Under the pieces are notes generated by a model that searched no databases, was not told the DNA's origin, and saw only the letters and a list, made by a program, of their open reading frames with translations. Shown here one piece after another: positions 61,139 to 64,000 of a DNA stretch of 64,000 nt. Every line of letters starts with the position of its first letter. Within the stretch, counting starts at the first letter, position 1. The DNA is from Candidatus Rokuibacteriota bacterium (lineage in GTDB: Bacteria; Methylomirabilota; Methylomirabilia; Rokubacteriales; CSP1-6), in NCBI GenBank assembly GCA_016209385.1, contig JACQWB010000265.1:13977-77976 (forward strand). Reading direction: 5' to 3'. The translations under genes were made by a program, and so were the position numbers.

Positions 61139-62200
61139 TCAGCGGGCCACGGTCCCCAGCAGCTGGATCTGCAAGGGAATCGACAGGGGAAGGGCGAGGA
61201 ACTCGAGCGTGGGCCGGAGCTTGGCGAGGAACGCGTTCCAGTTCCCGATGGGGCTCCGCGGCAGCAGGACGAGATCGTTCGCCTGAAGCGGGATGTCCTG
61301 GCTCTGGTCTCCCTGTTCGATCACCTGGCGGAAATCGACCTCCACGACACGAGGGTTGTTCAGGCTCCCGCGTACGATGCGGGCGCTCCTCAGGACCGCG
61401 ACCGCCGTCGGCCCGCCCGCCTGAGCCAGGGCCTGCGAGAGGCGCATGTCCGGCATCAGCGGAAAGGCCCCGGGGGTCTTGACCTCGCCAAGGACAAAGA
61501 CCTTCTTCTCGTCCGCCGGACCGCGGGGTGGGATGAACACCACGTCTCCCGCGTCGAGGACGAAGTCGCGGATGGCGTGGCCGTCGGAGAGGAGGTGGAA
61601 GAGGTTGACGGCGAGCGAGCCGCCGTCCTGGCGGAGCACGCGTACCCGCTCCAGGTTCGCGTTGGGCGCGGGGCCGCCGGCTTCGGCCAGGAGATCCAGG
61701 AGGGTGGTTCGCCCCTTCAGGGGGAACGATCCGGCCTTCCCGCCCACAGCCCCGAGCACAGCGCCGCGCTTGCTGTTGTATTCCCTGACGAGCACCTCAA
61801 CGCTCAGCTGCCTGTAAAATGGGCTCAGGATCCGGCGGATCTCCTCGGCAGCCTGGTCCGTTGTCCGCCCGCCCACCTTCGCCTCGAGGAAGGCGACGCT
61901 CACCATCCCGTTCGCCTTCACCGCGGCCGTCTGCCGTTCCTGGGCCAGCCCCCGCGTCAGCAGGATCTCCACGAGGTCACCGGGCCCGATCTTGTATTGA
62001 GGGACCCCGTTGAGGGTCACGAAGGTCTGATTCTCCGTCACGGGCTGGGGGAGCGGCGACGCTGCCTGGGCCTCGGCCGCGGCCGGCAGCGGGACGGTCA
62101 GGGCGTCCGTGGCCCGGGGAGGCGGAGGGAGCTGAGCCGCACAGGCCGAGCCCAGCAGGAGCAGCACCGCGAGCAGGCACACGTTCCGACACGCGTTCAC
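61139..62200 (-). CDS. Wza/GumB-like outer-membrane polysaccharide export protein
   Basis: Signal peptide ending LLLGSAC, a possible lipobox. Poly_export block YKIGPGDLVEILL and an SLBB-like repeat. Confidence 0.8.
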   Translation of the reverse strand: MNACRNVCLLAVLLLLGSACAAQLPPPPRATDALTVPLPAAAEAQAASPLPQPVTENQTFVTLNGVPQYKIGPGDLVEILLTRGLAQERQTAAVKANGMVSVAFLEAKVGGRTTDQAAEEIRRILSPFYRQLSVEVLVREYNSKRGAVLGAVGGKAGSFPLKGRTTLLDLLAEAGGPAPNANLERVRVLRQDGGSLAVNLFHLLSDGHAIRDFVLDAGDVVFIPPRGPADEKKVFVLGEVKTPGAFPLMPDMRLSQALAQAGGPTAVAVLRSARIVRGSLNNPRVVEVDFRQVIEQGDQSQDIPLQANDLVLLPRSPIGNWNAFLAKLRPTLEFLALPLSIPLQIQLLGTVAR

Positions 62201-63294
62201 GGGAGGGCCTCCTCAGCGACGGAGTCCTCGATCTGGTGGAGGGGGCTCTGGCGGAGGTCGACCACCACGGGCTCCTCGAGCCAGCTCCCTCGGCGGACCA
62301 CGAGGGCCACGACCGGACGGAGCGGGACATCCTTGTTCGTCCTCACGACGCGCGCGATCTCCCCTGTGTTCAGGCGGACCAGGCTCCCCACCGGGAACAT
62401 GGACAGCGACCGGATCAACGCCTTGAGGATCCGGTCGGGGAGAGTTGCCCGCTCGCGCTGGAGGATCTCCCCGAGGCCCTCCAGGGGCCCGCGGAAGGGC
62501 CGACGATGGACCAGGCTCGCGTAGAGCCCCGCCAGGCGGATGATCGCGGCGTACTCGTCCATCCGGTCTTCGGAGTGGCGCGGGCGTTCCGCCTTCTGGT
62601 AGAGCTTCTCGACGACCTCGGCCAGCCAGGCGTACTGGGGCCCGAGCTGCCTCAGCCGCTTCGCGCCGTCGCGGCGGTGGGTCTCGACGAGGGCCCGTTC
62701 GGCCGCGGCCAAGGGCTCCCGCATCCCCACCACTTCCCGCGGCGTCCAGGCCGTCCCGATGTCCGCGAGCAATGCGGCCAGGCCCAGCTTGTACAGCTCC
62801 TCCGGAGCGTAGCCCAGCTCGAGCCCCATCTTGAGCGACAGGATGCAGACGTTGACCGCCTCCCGCGCCGGGCTCCGCGACAGGCCGCCTGCGGCGAAGA
62901 ACGGGACCAGTAGGGCATCACCGGTCTCCAGGTTCTGGAGCAGGCTCTCCACCGTCTTTCCAGCGCCGGCGATGGGAAAGTCGGCAGCGTTCCTGGCCGT
63001 CTCCAGGAGATCTTCCACGGTCTCCACCGCGGCCTGGAGCACCCGGCTGGCGGCCTCAAAATCCTCCAGCCGGGGACTGCCTCGGTCGGGCTTCGGCAGG
63101 CTTGAGGGCTGATCAGGCACCGGGCCGGAATCCGCGCACGGGGCCGGGGGCGGCCCGCGGTCTGGCGGCGGAGACGCCGGCTCCAGCCGCCGGCGGAGCA
63201 GGTCGCTGAGCCTGCGGGAGCCCGTACTGACCTCGCGCGGAGGCCCGCCGGGCTGCTGCCCGCCGCGCCGGACGATGTCGCTCAGCCTCGCCAT
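62197..63294 (-). CDS. HD-GYP-like domain protein with a degenerate HD motif, a probable c-di-GMP-related regulator
   Basis: VNVCILSLKMGLELGYAPEELYKLGLAALLADIGT aligns with the HD-GYP block HxxxVAxL...LLHDIGK, but has N/A in place of H and D. The N-terminal 80 aa are Pro-rich. Confidence 0.45.
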   Translation of the reverse strand: MARLSDIVRRGGQQPGGPPREVSTGSRRLSDLLRRRLEPASPPPDRGPPPAPCADSGPVPDQPSSLPKPDRGSPRLEDFEAASRVLQAAVETVEDLLETARNAADFPIAGAGKTVESLLQNLETGDALLVPFFAAGGLSRSPAREAVNVCILSLKMGLELGYAPEELYKLGLAALLADIGTAWTPREVVGMREPLAAAERALVETHRRDGAKRLRQLGPQYAWLAEVVEKLYQKAERPRHSEDRMDEYAAIIRLAGLYASLVHRRPFRGPLEGLGEILQRERATLPDRILKALIRSLSMFPVGSLVRLNTGEIARVVRTNKDVPLRPVVALVVRRGSWLEEPVVVDLRQSPLHQIEDSVAEEALP

Positions 63295-63305
63295 CTCCCC
63301 ATCAC

Positions 63306-64000
63306 CTACACAAAGGCCAGGGCCGCCTCCACCACGGAGGCGTCCACCGCTTCGGCTCGTCGCTTCCAGCCGTCGTAGAGGCAGAGGTCGCAGAGGTTGT
63401 TGATGCTGCGCGGGATACCGCCCGTCTCGCGGTAGACCAGGTCCATGGCCTGGTCCGTGAAGATCGGCGCCGTCGCCCCGGCTTTCTTCAAGCGAAACGT
63501 GATATAGAAGGCGGTCTCCTCCGGGTTGAGAAAGCTCAGGTTGAGGCGGAAGGCAATCCGCTGGTTCAGCGAGGGCAACCTGGCGAGCCGCGTCCGCAGT
63601 TCGGGCAGCCCGAGCAGGATCAGCGAGAGGAGGTAGCGGTCGTTGAGCTGAAAATTCAGGAGCATCCGCAGGTCTTCGAAGACCGCTTCATCCGCGATCG
63701 TCTGCGCCTCGTCGACGATGAGGACCGTCGCAGCTCCCCGCTCGGCGTTGGCCAGGAGGTGATCAGCGAGCGCGCGGAGGAGGACGGATCGGTGGGGGCT
63801 GGGACGGGAGAGGCCAAGCTGCAGGGCGATCTCATGGAGCAGATCCCGCCCCGCCAGGGCGGGGTTGATGACGAGCCCGACGTCGTACTTGCTCGCGTCG
63901 AGTTGCGAGAGGAAGACACGGCCCAAGGTGCTCTTGCCGCACCCGACCTCGCCGGTGAGCAGCGCGGCACCCTTGCCGTGGTCGACGACATACGGGAGCC
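63306..64000 (-). CDS. ExeA/GspA-like AAA ATPase (the kind associated with exosortase/PEP-CTERM EPS loci). The N-terminus lies beyond the window end.
   Basis: Walker A LLTGEVGCGKSTLGRV. Walker B TVLIVDEAQT. The frame is open to base 64000. The track M at 63926 is an alternative-start artefact. Confidence 0.7.
   Translation of the reverse strand, partial: LPYVVDHGKGAALLTGEVGCGKSTLGRVFLSQLDASKYDVGLVINPALAGRDLLHEIALQLGLSRPSPHRSVLLRALADHLLANAERGAATVLIVDEAQTIADEAVFEDLRMLLNFQLNDRYLLSLILLGLPELRTRLARLPSLNQRIAFRLNLSFLNPEETAFYITFRLKKAGATAPIFTDQAMDLVYRETGGIPRSINNLCDLCLYDGWKRRAEAVDASVVEAALAFV

Noticed and set aside
1-64000. CRISPR arrays, rRNA/tRNA genes, transposases/integrases
   Set aside because: None seen. 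No regularly spaced short repeats. No tRNA-like cloverleaf stretches were noticed. No DDE or tyrosine-recombinase motifs. The only repeats found are the 21-bp intragenic tandem and the 68-bp direct repeat pair.

Overview
High-GC (roughly 70% by eye) bacterial window, densely coding in two long co-directional arrays. The plus-strand array (1-25.4 kb) is a glycan-modification island immediately upstream of a flagellar filament module. The island contains a 1681-aa six-domain methyltransferase/glycosyltransferase megaprotein, two GT2-TPR paralogs, a hexapeptide acetyltransferase, CgeB-like glycosyltransferases, a GT2-methyltransferase fusion, a split transketolase, a sulfotransferase and an NDP-sugar epimerase. 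The flagellar module is a short flagellin followed by fliS, fliD and flaG, then a GAF-PAS hybrid histidine kinase and a CgeB-like/TPR protein. Between 25.4 and 28.9 kb sits a small toxin-antitoxin/defence-like islet. It contains a Uma2 endonuclease, an MNT/HEPN pair and a vapBC pair with an AT-rich promoter. It is bracketed by two paralogous CheY-like receiver genes. From 28.4 kb to the window end almost every gene is on the minus strand. The first part of that array is a complete lasso-peptide (RiPP) cluster: PqqD-like B1, transglutaminase-like B2, two tandem Asn-synthetase-like cyclases, a previously uncalled 49-codon precursor ORF with a textbook lasso leader motif, an HPr-kinase-like kinase, an ABC exporter and a PF14907 nucleotidyltransferase. 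The rest is a large EPS/O-antigen-type polysaccharide locus. It includes a WecA-like initiating transferase, a DegT aminotransferase, LmbE, WbqC, a PHP protein, many GT4 enzymes, a true AsnB amidotransferase, a Wzx-like flippase, GT2, methyltransferases and two CDP-alcohol phosphatidyltransferases. It ends with an O-antigen-ligase-like protein, a Wzc-like BY-kinase carrying a SPOR-like tail, a Wza-like exporter, a degenerate HD-GYP protein and an ExeA-like ATPase. That gene set is reminiscent of exosortase/PEP-CTERM EPS loci. No rRNA, tRNA or CRISPR arrays were seen. Many long antisense ORFs in the six-frame track are GC-driven artefacts.
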